Virus record (IMG/VR): IMGVR_UViG_3300031892_000003
Location: 1-48,933 of that record
Source of the DNA: a virus
Taxonomy: Duplodnaviria; Caudoviricetes
Reading direction: 5' to 3' (one strand)
DNA length: 48,933 nt
Shown here: piece after piece, positions 33,843 to 42,486 of the stretch
Layout: every line of letters begins with the position of its first letter
Position numbering within the stretch: position 1 is the stretch's first letter
Program-made: the position numbers and the translations under genes
Notes under the pieces: generated by a model
The model's input: only the letters and a program-made list of their open reading frames with translations
What the model was told of the DNA's origin: nothing
Databases searched by the model: none

Positions 33843-34267
33843 CACTCCTCCAAATCCCGGACTTCGTAGACGACGGGCCCCGGATGCTCGCGAGATGTCG
33901 GTGCCGGCAGTCCGATCTTCACGTTGAGGGTGTTTTGGGTCACATTCAAGCGATGTTGGCGCCCGCGACTGATGCCGGTGATGAGTTTGCCGGCGAGAGT
34001 GACGGCAGACGGGGCGAGGCTCTGCGGCAACCACCCCGCTTTGGCGACGGCGAGCCGTTTGAGCGCCGCATCGACGCCGAATCGCTCGATCCAGTCGCGC
34101 GGGGGCTCGACCTGGTTGGGAAGGACCTCGTGAAACGACAGAAACGCCGAGACGACCCCGCTCGCCTGCTCCAAAACCTCGTTTTCGAGCTGTTCGATGC
34201 GGGCCAGACGGGCTTCTTTGGCCTTTTCGTCCTTCAGCTCCCTCCGGAGCATGACTCCCTCGTACAT
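33842..34267 (-). CDS. First late-operon gene, terminase small subunit candidate
   Basis: Position and size upstream of terL, helical with a beta-type C-terminal tail; no diagnostic motif. Confidence 0.4.
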   Translation of the reverse strand: MYEGVMLRRELKDEKAKEARLARIEQLENEVLEQASGVVSAFLSFHEVLPNQVEPPRDWIERFGVDAALKRLAVAKAGWLPQSLAPSAVTLAGKLITGISRGRQHRLNVTQNTLNVKIGLPAPTSREHPGPVVYEVRDLEE

Positions 34268-34278
34268 GGAGAGACATA

Positions 34279-34755
34279 ATGGCACGCGGGCCGGACGAAG
34301 ACGAGCGATTGATGCTGCCCGAGCGTTCAGTGGCGCGGGGCACCAAGGTATTCATCCAGGAACTGGCGCTTTACCTGCATGCGAGCAGCGCCACTCTGCG
34401 GCAAACGGCGCGAAGGTGGGGGATTCTGCACTCGGTGACGCGCGGCCCCTGCGTTCCGCCCATCGATTACGTGACGGAGCAGGGGGCTTTGCGCCTCATC
34501 GTGGCGACGCGAGCCAAACAGGGCGGGCTTTACCAGAAGGGCGAGCAGTTTCACGAGTGGCGGCTGCGGGAAACGCTGTGGACGCGAGCGTACAAGGCAA
34601 AGAAACGAGCCAAACGCAAGGCTGAACAGGTGGCACTGGTCACACGTTCACAGATAGCCCTTGCAATCCCTCAGGCCGGGACAGAAGATGACTCCCGCGG
34701 AGTCTGCGAAGCAGGAGGAATCGGAATCGCGGAAACACCGGCGGTGTCCACCTAG
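34279..34755 (+). CDS. Basic HTH-like hypothetical protein
   Basis: IQELALYLHASSATLRQTARRWG helix-turn-helix-like segment. Confidence 0.5.
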   Translation: MARGPDEDERLMLPERSVARGTKVFIQELALYLHASSATLRQTARRWGILHSVTRGPCVPPIDYVTEQGALRLIVATRAKQGGLYQKGEQFHEWRLRETLWTRAYKAKKRAKRKAEQVALVTRSQIALAIPQAGTEDDSRGVCEAGGIGIAETPAVST

Positions 34756-34854
34756 CTCTGGGTGTGGTAGGAGGGCGATTCCTGCAGGCGAAAGGTCGCG
34801 CACAGCCAACCTCCGGACCCGGCGCCTTCGGGCATAATGGGGACGCTATAGGGG

Positions 34855-35109
34855 GTGTCGCCAGGCGGCGCCTGCGGGAACCAACTTGGAGGGCTAGTGG
34901 GACACGAAGAGGGAGCCGACGGTCTCGTATACGTGCCGCAAGACGCTGCCGCGTACGAGAGGATGGTCCGGTTCTTCTCGAACTGTGGGTCACGAGAGGA
35001 GTTGCAGGTTGCAATGCTCGTCTACTTCACGGATCTGAGCTATCCGCGCCCGGATCTGCTGATGGCGATACGCGAGACGTGCAAGGCCAAGGGGTGGCCC
35101 CTGTGGTGA
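34855..35109 (+). CDS. Hypothetical protein
   Basis: ORF coupled by GTGA to the next gene; start uncertain. Confidence 0.5.
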   Translation: MSPGGACGNQLGGLVGHEEGADGLVYVPQDAAAYERMVRFFSNCGSREELQVAMLVYFTDLSYPRPDLLMAIRETCKAKGWPLW

Positions 35110-35504
35110 AGCGCAATCCGCTCTGGCATACCGATCACGTCAGGGTGCAGTCCCTCGGGCATGCGTACCGCCTGTTCTGCGAACACTGCGGCAGCGAGTA
35201 CGTCTGGGCGCTGGAGCCTCCCATTCCCATCGACGTATTCATCGCGGGCCTGAACGCTTGGGGCAAGAGTCACCGCGATTGCCGCAATCGGAAGCTCGAT
35301 GAGGCGAGGGCGGGACTGCTGTCACTGCTCGACCATCGCGGCATGCAGCTCTACGCCCAGGAGCTCGACGAGGGGATGGCGGAGTTTCACGCGCGACAGG
35401 ATGCACGCAACGAGCTGCTCGCTGTGCTCATCGTGCGGATGCTGGAGCTGTCGTTCCCCCGGGTGAGTGGCGACAGCCCCCGTTTAGCGGGCGGCGCTGG
35501 GTGA
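35106..35504 (+). CDS. Zn-finger-like hypothetical protein
   Basis: CEHCG...HRDC motif. Confidence 0.6.
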   Translation: MKRNPLWHTDHVRVQSLGHAYRLFCEHCGSEYVWALEPPIPIDVFIAGLNAWGKSHRDCRNRKLDEARAGLLSLLDHRGMQLYAQELDEGMAEFHARQDARNELLAVLIVRMLELSFPRVSGDSPRLAGGAG

Positions 35505-35816
35505 TTTTGAAAATTTAGAGGGGCTGTTGTTCCGGCGGGCCCTTGCCTACGGCGTGAGATCAGGAGGGGAGCGCCCGGGCATAATTCAGTCCCGGGTATG
35601 TGCGCGTCGCACTCCTCCTTGCGCGCATCACGCCGCAATCTGGCTCGGGCATGGTCGACAGCCCCGATTGCGGGATAGCGCATTTCGGCCGACGGGGTCC
35701 CTGATTTTGGGGTGATCTATCTGGGACGGCGGGGGGCGATCGCGCTCCCCGGATTCGGGCCGGGGGGGTACCCGGTGGGCGTCCCGGGGAACGGCGGCAA
35801 ACGGCGCCAAAACAGC

Positions 35817-35920
35817 GTTCAGTGCCCCGAAATGCAGCTGCGGCCTGTTCAGTGCCAGCCGTTCAGCTGTCGGCTCGTTCAGTGTCCCGGAAACACGGGC
35901 GCCAAGCGCGCAGTGTCCCG
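35817..35920. repeat. Phased GTTCAGTG/CAGTG repeats in the large non-coding region
   Basis: CAGTG at 35820, 35850, 35880 and 35911 (30/30/31-bp spacing), plus GTTCAG at 35861. Confidence 0.6.
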
Positions 35921-36348
35921 TTTCGGCGGGCAAAACGCGCCTCGCCCTAATTGAGGCCTGGCACGTAGCTACCGGGGCGCTAAGCTAGTGGTGGGGGGTC
36001 GGTGTCGCGCAAACGGGCGCCGCCCAATTCAGCCCCCGTTCGCTCCCCCCTAATCCCCCCTAACCCCCTACACTGGTCATACCATCATGCCATACCTCAG
36101 CTATCCTGGTCAACCGGCCGCCCTCACCGTGGCCGCCCTCTTCTCTCGCGCCAATTGGTTCCGCTCGCTTGCCCGGGCGAGCCGCTGCCCCGCTCGCCGC
36201 TCCGACCTCCGCGTGCGAGCCGCGCTTGCTCTGAGCTACGCCCGCCGGGCCGTAGAGCGGGGGGCGCGCTAACGACCGGACCAGTCGCTCCGCGCAATCG
36301 GAGCGGCGAGTCTGGCCGCAAGTGGCCACCTAACAAGAGAGACCTCCG

Positions 36349-36708
36349 ATGATTCGCGCCTTAGACCTCAACGACCCGAAAGTGACCGTTATCGTGCAAG
36401 GCGAGGACCTTCGCACAGCCACCGCGCTGGCTTGCCTGATTCGCGCAAACAAGATGCAAGCGCGCGTCGTCAAGCGCTTGCCCGGCACCGACTGGTTCCA
36501 CGTGGCTGTGCGCACGACGCACCTTGCCCGGGCAGAGAAGCTAGTCGCGACCTTCAAGGCCGGCATGCGTGAGGCGCTGGACGCTCACTACAACCGCCCT
36601 CAAAACGTGGCCGCTGAACTGAGCGGCGCACCGTTGCCCGAACCGGGCGAGACGGGCGTCTCTTACACACACCCGGCCGACGATATCGGCTCCGACGCCG
36701 CCTGGTAA
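36349..36708 (+). CDS. Early hypothetical protein
   Basis: First ORF after the non-coding region; purine-rich leader. Confidence 0.65.
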   Translation: MIRALDLNDPKVTVIVQGEDLRTATALACLIRANKMQARVVKRLPGTDWFHVAVRTTHLARAEKLVATFKAGMREALDAHYNRPQNVAAELSGAPLPEPGETGVSYTHPADDIGSDAAW

Positions 36709-36815
36709 CCGCCCGCCCACACCGCCCGTCGCTGCAATCGCGGCAACGGGCGGTAGGGTGCGCCACTATCGGACACCGCAACCGGGGCGACGCTAAGCGC
36801 CCCATCGGAGCAATC

Positions 36816-37835
36816 ATGACCTTTCGACAAGTCACTTTCGCGCCTGGTTCCGACCAGTCGCGCAACGTTCTCGCCGCGCTTGACGCCGCCAAGATCAACT
36901 TCACGCCGGTGCTCGCGCCCGTGTTTATCGAGGACGCTGACTCGCTTGGCGGTATCCGAGCCGTTGAAGGCCGGTTCGCTTGCAAGCATCCGGCGACCGG
37001 GCGCATCTTCGATGTGGTTGGGTCCGGCTACGAGCCGGTGGGCGCAAGTGAGGCGCTCAACTGGATCCAGCCGCTCGTTGACGCGGGGCAGGCGGAGATC
37101 ATCTCCGCGGGCAGCACGGGGGGCGGCGCGCGTGTGTACGTGCAAGCGCGCTTGACCGATTCCGAGGTCGACGTCGTGCGCGGGGATAGCATCTTCGCCA
37201 GCGTCAACTTCGCTACGGGGCACGACGGTACCCTGCCAGCGTGCGCTGGCAACAGCTCGGTCCGCGTCGTGTGTCAAAACACAATGGCGGCCATGGCCCG
37301 GTCGCTCTTGTTTCGCGCCCGTCACACCCGCAACGTGCGCGACATCCTCGATAAGGCGGCCGTCGCGTTTGCCGAGCAACGCAAGCTGACGCGTGACCAG
37401 GCCGATTCGTTCCGCCGTATGGCTAAGCGCAAGTTGGACGATAAGGCTCTAGTCAAGTTCGTTCGCGAGACGCTTGCGCCCGGTGCCGGCGCGGACCCTG
37501 AGATGATCGTGCGCGGCGTCGACCGGATTGTCGAGCTGGCGCATGAGGCACCCGGGGCGACGCCCGGCACGCTATGGGGCGGCTTGAACGCCGTGACCTA
37601 TTGGGCGACGCATGAACGCGGCCGCTCGGATGATGCGCGCATGGACGCCAACCTGTTCGGCAAAGGCACGCAACTAATCGGGCGGGCTATCGAGGTCGCG
37701 ACCGTGTTCGCGGAGCACCTGCCCTTGAACGAGCTGGCGCGCGAGTCGTACGCAAACCACGCGACGGCCGCCGCGGAACTAGGCTTGCTGCTCGGCAAGC
37801 CCGCTCGCCTCCCCTTCGAACAAGAGCAGGCCTAA
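36816..37835 (+). CDS. DUF932-family protein
   Basis: VVG.GYEP, SAGS..GG.RVY, GHDG, VRVVCQNT, RHT, GTLWG.LNAVT.W.TH. Confidence 0.85.
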   Translation: MTFRQVTFAPGSDQSRNVLAALDAAKINFTPVLAPVFIEDADSLGGIRAVEGRFACKHPATGRIFDVVGSGYEPVGASEALNWIQPLVDAGQAEIISAGSTGGGARVYVQARLTDSEVDVVRGDSIFASVNFATGHDGTLPACAGNSSVRVVCQNTMAAMARSLLFRARHTRNVRDILDKAAVAFAEQRKLTRDQADSFRRMAKRKLDDKALVKFVRETLAPGAGADPEMIVRGVDRIVELAHEAPGATPGTLWGGLNAVTYWATHERGRSDDARMDANLFGKGTQLIGRAIEVATVFAEHLPLNELARESYANHATAAAELGLLLGKPARLPFEQEQA

Positions 37836-37917
37836 GCGTCGCGCATGGCGGGCCCTAGCAATCGCGCTAGGGCCCGCAAGCGCGGCACTCACGCCGTAAT
37901 TGACAGGGAGTAGAGAG

Positions 37918-38202
37918 ATGACACGATCCGGTCCCGCTGCCCTCCGGGGCTTCATCGCACGCGAGCAGGCTGACGTGCGCGCCAAGCGCGTCGCGGTGTA
38001 CGAGAAGCTCTGGGCCGACCCGTTATACGTCCGCCGGCACAACCGGAAGGATGCTTACAACCGGGCGTTGTCAATGGCTGAGTGCTACGGCCCGGCCGAC
38101 CCGGTGGAGCTTGCCCGTTTGACGGCCCGTTTCAAGGCCGCGAACCGCCGGGTGCTCCGGATGGAGCAGGCCGCCCTTGAAGCGGCCGGCTTCAAGTTCT
38201 AG
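37918..38202 (+). CDS. Early hypothetical protein
   Basis: GGGAG/AGAGAG leader; bounded by hairpins. Confidence 0.6.
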   Translation: MTRSGPAALRGFIAREQADVRAKRVAVYEKLWADPLYVRRHNRKDAYNRALSMAECYGPADPVELARLTARFKAANRRVLRMEQAALEAAGFKF

Positions 38203-38437
38203 GCTCGCCGCCGGCCGTGCAGGATTGCTCCGAACGCGGCCATGGGGAGCAGGCCTGCTTAGCGGTTTCGGCCTGCTCCCCACCTATGCGGCAATTGCGG
38301 CTAGCGTGTCTCACACTGCAACGTAATTCGCTCGCTCAAACCGCCTGCTCCCCTTGTCCACTAGCTACCGGGGGGCTAACATAGACCCTAGGCGCTGGCC
38401 TGTCGCGGCGCCGCACCCCACCCTAACAGAGGTTCCC

Positions 38438-38953
38438 ATGATCGAAGTCACTGCAGAGTATGTCCAGATCTCCCTTCCCGTCGCGGCCGCGCTGCTCGCG
38501 TTCGCGAGTAAGGATGATACTCGCCCACACCTTGGAATCGGGATAGATGGCGCGTACCTGTGCGCCACGGATGGGCACCGGGGCGTGCAATTCCCGCTCA
38601 CCGGCGCTGTCTCGATTCACCACGGTAAGGTCTGGAGTCACGCGCACGTGGAGACCCTGCTCAAGGTCGCGAAAGCGCGCAAGCAGCCAGCCATTGCGCT
38701 CGCTTTCGCCGATTGCTTGGCGGGCCAGAAGTTCCCACCGTTCGCTCAAGTCATCCCGGACTATGGGATGGAGGCCACGAAACCGGTCGGCTTCAACCCC
38801 ACCTACTTCGCTGACCTTGGCAAGGTCTGCAAAGCGTGCGGCGTCGTGGGCGCCAAGATGACCAGTGCTCGGGACCCGCGCGACCCGGTGCTCTTTACCA
38901 TCGGAGACAAGGGGCTGACTGCGCGCGCCGTGGTCATGCCGATGAATATCTGA
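38438..38953 (+). CDS. DNA polymerase III beta-clamp-like short protein
   Basis: DDTRPHL.I, CATDGHR, KFPPF.QVIP, GFNP.Y, VVMPM motifs of DnaN. Confidence 0.7.
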   Translation: MIEVTAEYVQISLPVAAALLAFASKDDTRPHLGIGIDGAYLCATDGHRGVQFPLTGAVSIHHGKVWSHAHVETLLKVAKARKQPAIALAFADCLAGQKFPPFAQVIPDYGMEATKPVGFNPTYFADLGKVCKACGVVGAKMTSARDPRDPVLFTIGDKGLTARAVVMPMNI

Positions 38954-39031
38954 GGCTTCCGGTGGGCGCCGCGACTGGTAACGGTCGCGACACCCGCCGG
39001 GCACTTCAGCCCATTCTAACAGAGAGACAGA

Positions 39032-39241
39032 ATGACTAACGCACAACTATCGCTCGCGCTCGCGCAAGTCGCGGCGCTCGCGGACGCCGTCGCTCGCAGG
39101 GATGCAAAGCTCGCAGAGCAGGCCCGCCGCACCCTGAACGAGCTTTGTGAGGGATGGAATGGCCTGCAAAGCTACCCGCCCGCCGTGCGGGACGCGCTCC
39201 GCGCTTGTAACCTTCACACCACGCCGGTGGGACCCAAATGA
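39032..39241 (+). CDS. Early hypothetical protein
   Basis: Purine-rich leader; ATGA coupling downstream. Confidence 0.6.
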   Translation: MTNAQLSLALAQVAALADAVARRDAKLAEQARRTLNELCEGWNGLQSYPPAVRDALRACNLHTTPVGPK

Positions 39242-39510
39242 CCAGTCGTTACACCCCGGAGGAACGCAGTGCCATTGCGGACGCGCAGACACTCGTGGAT
39301 CGGCTTTCGGCCAAGAGAAACCGTTCCAGAGATCCATTCGAGCAGCGCCGGCTCGACGAGGACGCTGACGGGCTGGTTACGGCCAAGCTCTCTTTAGAGG
39401 CTGCTCCCGGTGACGCGGATGAACTACGCCTACTCAGAGCACGAATCAAGGAGCTCGACAACCGCTGGTTTTCCAAGCCCAATAAAGGCCGAAGCGGGAG
39501 TGGATCATGA
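39238..39510 (+). CDS. Early hypothetical protein
   Basis: ATGA overlaps on both sides. Confidence 0.65.
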   Translation: MTSRYTPEERSAIADAQTLVDRLSAKRNRSRDPFEQRRLDEDADGLVTAKLSLEAAPGDADELRLLRARIKELDNRWFSKPNKGRSGSGS

Positions 39511-39893
39511 TCACGCTACGCAAGCTCACGCGGGCCGAAGTCGACTTCATTGTCGCAATCGAGCCGGAGAATATGCCCGTCGTAGGGGCATTCGATGACT
39601 CCCGAGACACGGCGGATATCCTGGAGCGCCTCAGTCGGGGCGAGACAGAGGCCTGGTGCACGGTCAAGGTCACGGCCCGGTGGGCCTCCTTTACCGCGGT
39701 CGATTACCTCGGCGGATGCTCGCTCGACACGCGCTACACGGCGGCCGTTGCCGCGGAGGAACATGGGATGCATGAGGAGGCTCTAGCGCGCCTGAACCAG
39801 GCGCTAGCGGACGTCGCCACGGCCCTATCGCCCTTGGAGCAGGGCCCGATCGTGATCCTCACGGAGCAGGGCCTAACTTGGAGCCGGCAATGA
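39507..39893 (+). CDS. Early hypothetical protein
   Basis: ATGA overlaps; W..V.V.A.....DYLGGCS motif. Confidence 0.7.
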   Translation: MITLRKLTRAEVDFIVAIEPENMPVVGAFDDSRDTADILERLSRGETEAWCTVKVTARWASFTAVDYLGGCSLDTRYTAAVAAEEHGMHEEALARLNQALADVATALSPLEQGPIVILTEQGLTWSRQ

Positions 39894-40078
39894 AGCGCGT
39901 GACGGAAAAGACGCTGGAGACGATCGCGGCTATGCTGGGGACGGCGCGCGAGATCGTCGCGGAACTGGAGTCCGGCGAGACGGTGGAGACCCAAAGCGAC
40001 GGGGAGTTTGCGATTGCCCGTGCGCGCACGCTGGCGCGCACGTTGATGCTGCCCGATACTAACCGGGGGAAGCTATGA
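39890..40078 (+). CDS. Early hypothetical protein
   Basis: ATGA overlaps. Confidence 0.6.
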   Translation: MKRVTEKTLETIAAMLGTAREIVAELESGETVETQSDGEFAIARARTLARTLMLPDTNRGKL

Positions 40079-40215
40079 TCACTCTGCTCCTACTCATGCT
40101 CGCGTGCGTGGCCCTGGTGCTCGCGATCATCCTAATCCCCCTGGTGATTGCCGCGTTCTTCCAAATGCTGCCCTACCTGATCGTGCTCGCAGTGCTCTAT
40201 TGGGTGCTGTTCTGA
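40075..40215 (+). CDS. 46-aa wholly hydrophobic membrane peptide (not in ORF track)
   Basis: MITLLLLMLACVALVLAIILIPLVIAAFFQMLPYLIVLAVLYWVLF; ATGA overlap. Confidence 0.65.
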   Translation: MITLLLLMLACVALVLAIILIPLVIAAFFQMLPYLIVLAVLYWVLF

Positions 40216-40246
40216 ACCCCATCCCCGCAAACAGGAGAATCCCCCG

Positions 40247-40417
40247 ATGACCACAGTCCACTTCTACGACGCCACCGGTACGCGCATCGTGCGCACCGTC
40301 AGCTATCGCTCGCCGGCCCTCGCCCGTGCAGCCCTCAGAAGGGCGGCGAAACGCGGACAGATCGCCGCGTACGCGCATACGCGCCAGGCGAGCGACCCGC
40401 CCACCGTCCATCACTGA
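40247..40417 (+). CDS. Small basic hypothetical protein (not in ORF track)
   Basis: AGGAG SD, MTTVHFYDATG... Confidence 0.6.
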   Translation: MTTVHFYDATGTRIVRTVSYRSPALARAALRRAAKRGQIAAYAHTRQASDPPTVHH

Positions 40418-40496
40418 AGCGCCACGATACCGGTCGGGCCCGCCTGCTAAACGCGGCGGGCCGTGCCGGCAATCGTGCCCCTAAACAGGAGAATCT

Positions 40497-40769
40497 ATGT
40501 CTGCATTCATGTGTTCCGAACGCCACTTGACCGTGCTTGCCGCCTACGCCGTGCGGCGCTGCTATGACGCCTTGCCCATGAAGGCCGCCCTGCTTGGCGC
40601 AATCATGGCCTTGAGCGAGCGCGACACCGTGGCGGTGCATGAGGCGCTCGCCGAGTGGTTGCAGAACGAGCTCGACAACGCGGATCCGGACGCGGACGCG
40701 ACGGAGACCATGCGCGAGCGCGCGACGGTCGTGGCCGCCGTGGTGGCCGCGTGTGAGGCGGCCACATGA
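40497..40769 (+). CDS. Hypothetical protein
   Basis: AGGAG SD. Confidence 0.65.
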   Translation: MSAFMCSERHLTVLAAYAVRRCYDALPMKAALLGAIMALSERDTVAVHEALAEWLQNELDNADPDADATETMRERATVVAAVVAACEAAT

Positions 40770-40933
40770 TCTACCGAGTCGCACCCGAGTCGGACCCGGG
40801 GGATTTCTACGCCGCGGGGTACGACGGCAATGAGTTTTTCACGCGCGCTGAAGCGGAGCGCGCGATCGTGGCGCTGGTCTCCATGCGCGGCGAATGGGAT
40901 ATCGCCTGGGTCGTTGTCGAGGGCGAGCCATGA
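40766..40933 (+). CDS. Hypothetical protein (not in ORF track)
   Basis: ATGA overlaps on both sides, MIYRVAPESDP... Confidence 0.6.
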   Translation: MIYRVAPESDPGDFYAAGYDGNEFFTRAEAERAIVALVSMRGEWDIAWVVVEGEP

Positions 40934-41121
40934 GGGGCATGGTCGTAGGTGTCCTACTCACAATCGCGGTGAATCTGCTCGGATGGGAGACGGTGGAGGC
41001 AGGACTAGACTGCTTGCGTTCCGTGTCCGTTCGGGCTTACGAGCTCGCGGAGCGGCAGAGCGCCCAGGTGCGGGCGGACGCCAAGCGGCGCCATGAGACG
41101 TGGCGCAGGGAGCTGAAGTGA
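40930..41121 (+). CDS. Small membrane-anchored protein
   Basis: MRGMVVGVLLTIAVNLLGW; coupled overlaps. Confidence 0.55.
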   Translation: MRGMVVGVLLTIAVNLLGWETVEAGLDCLRSVSVRAYELAERQSAQVRADAKRRHETWRRELK

Positions 41122-41549
41122 TCAAAACGGTGAGGGGGGCCTTGAAGGCGATTGCCGAGACGCGGAACGTGGACGAGCTGAACCGGCTGATGGACGCGCT
41201 CGCCCGGACGCTCACTCAGCCCGACGTGTGCGACTTCATCCCCCGCGCAGTGGAGGTGCAGCGCCGGAGCCTGCTCTCCCCGACCTTCGACCGGGGCTCG
41301 CCGGAGCCTACGGAGCGCCAGGAAGCGTTTTTGGACGCCATAGCCACCCTCGGGCGGGACCCGGAGGGGAACGCCCCCACCATGGCCGCAATCGGGCGAG
41401 AGCTGGGTATCGGGCGGCACGGGACCCGGCCGCAGCTGGAGTCGCTAGAGCGCAAGGGCCTCGTCCGGCGGGTACCCATCGTGATAACCGCCGGCTGGGA
41501 GCTCACTCCCCTCGGGGAGACGGCACGTAAGCAGAAACAGGAGGAATGA
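41118..41549 (+). CDS. LexA-type winged-helix DNA-binding protein (no peptidase domain)
   Basis: PTERQ..FLD.I...PTMAAIGRELGI......LESLERKGLVRR. Confidence 0.75.
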   Translation: MIKTVRGALKAIAETRNVDELNRLMDALARTLTQPDVCDFIPRAVEVQRRSLLSPTFDRGSPEPTERQEAFLDAIATLGRDPEGNAPTMAAIGRELGIGRHGTRPQLESLERKGLVRRVPIVITAGWELTPLGETARKQKQEE

Positions 41550-41788
41550 TGGCAGTGATCGTGGAAGCTAAAGGCGATTGGGGTGGTCAGGTGTCGGACA
41601 CTTGGCGCCCGGCGATTGGCGACGGCGCCGATCCGGATGAAGCGACGTTCGAATTCGTGGATAACGCCGCGCTCAGTCTCCAGATCTTGGCGAAGCAGGC
41701 CAAGCAGGCCCGAGCCCGGGTGCTGTTCCGCCTCCGGGACCTCGAGACAGGGGAGGCGAGCGAGGACCCGCCTCCCGTGCGAGACTGA
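41546..41788 (+). CDS. Hypothetical protein
   Basis: AGGAGG SD, ATGA overlap. Confidence 0.6.
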   Translation: MMAVIVEAKGDWGGQVSDTWRPAIGDGADPDEATFEFVDNAALSLQILAKQAKQARARVLFRLRDLETGEASEDPPPVRD

Positions 41789-41793
41789 CGGCG

Positions 41794-41838
41794 GGCCCCC
41801 TGGCAGGCTACGACTGGCCTCCGGTTTGCCAGGGGGCC
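41794..41838. terminator. Hairpin between convergent operons
   Basis: GGCCCCCTGGCA/TGCCAGGGGGCC 12-bp inverted repeat; no U tract. Confidence 0.5.
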
Positions 41839-41851
41839 TCGATTAGTCGGC

Positions 41852-42091
41852 TCATTTGCCGCGTTCCTCGGGGGTCCGGTTGTCGAACATGACCGGGCGC
41901 GGGGCGTTGGCTGGGTAAAAGCTCTGGATGGTCTCCACTAGCGCTTCATCCGTCTCGCCGAATACGATGCAGAGATGCGGGACGCCGTGACTGGCGGGGA
42001 GGCAGTAGCGGTGCCCCGCCATGATGGTTTCGAGCTCGCGCCGGGGAATGCCGAGCACGATGTTGCCCTTGTTGTCCATGATGCGGACCAT
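41852..42091 (-). CDS. Hypothetical protein
   Basis: TAATG coupling with upstream gene. Confidence 0.6.
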   Translation of the reverse strand: MVRIMDNKGNIVLGIPRRELETIMAGHRYCLPASHGVPHLCIVFGETDEALVETIQSFYPANAPRPVMFDNRTPEERGK

Positions 42092-42381
42092 TACACGCGC
42101 TCCGCGCTGAACGTCTCGCCCGTGGGCATGTTGGCCCGCTTCAGCTGTTCGAGTGTGGCGAAGTTCCGCGCCGCCATGACCCCTTGCACGTACCCGAGCC
42201 AACGGTTGGCCTTCTCAACCTTGCTCACATCGTGGAAGTCCCGGGCCTGCCAGAGCATCCAATTGAGGTGCGCGACCTCGGTCGGGTCGTGGGGTTTGCG
42301 CTCGGCTGCGCAGTCGCCCGTGGCGGCAATCAGCAGGCTGAGGGTCGCGGCTACGGCTTGAGCGAACTGATCCTTGTCCAT
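42091..42381 (-). CDS. Phage hypothetical protein
   Basis: AAGGA SD; HLNWML...EKANRWLGYVQG motif. Confidence 0.7.
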   Translation of the reverse strand: MDKDQFAQAVAATLSLLIAATGDCAAERKPHDPTEVAHLNWMLWQARDFHDVSKVEKANRWLGYVQGVMAARNFATLEQLKRANMPTGETFSAERV

Positions 42382-42401
42382 GTGTGTTCCTTCTGTCTAC
42401 G

Positions 42402-42475
42402 GGGTGGACGCGCCGGGACTCGAACCCGGATCCATCGGTGGCTTATTACCTGCTCGTCCCTTGAGCTACGCGCCC
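42402..42475 (-). tRNA. tRNA-like RNA with Ala acceptor identity and disrupted anticodon arm
   Basis: GGGCGCG/CGCGTCC-A (G3-U70, A73), TAGCTC..GAGC D arm, CCGGG-TTCGAGT-CCCGG T arm; anticodon region GGTAATAAGCCACC forms only 3 bp; ends ACCC. Confidence 0.8.
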
Positions 42476-42486
42476 GGGTGGTCTTC

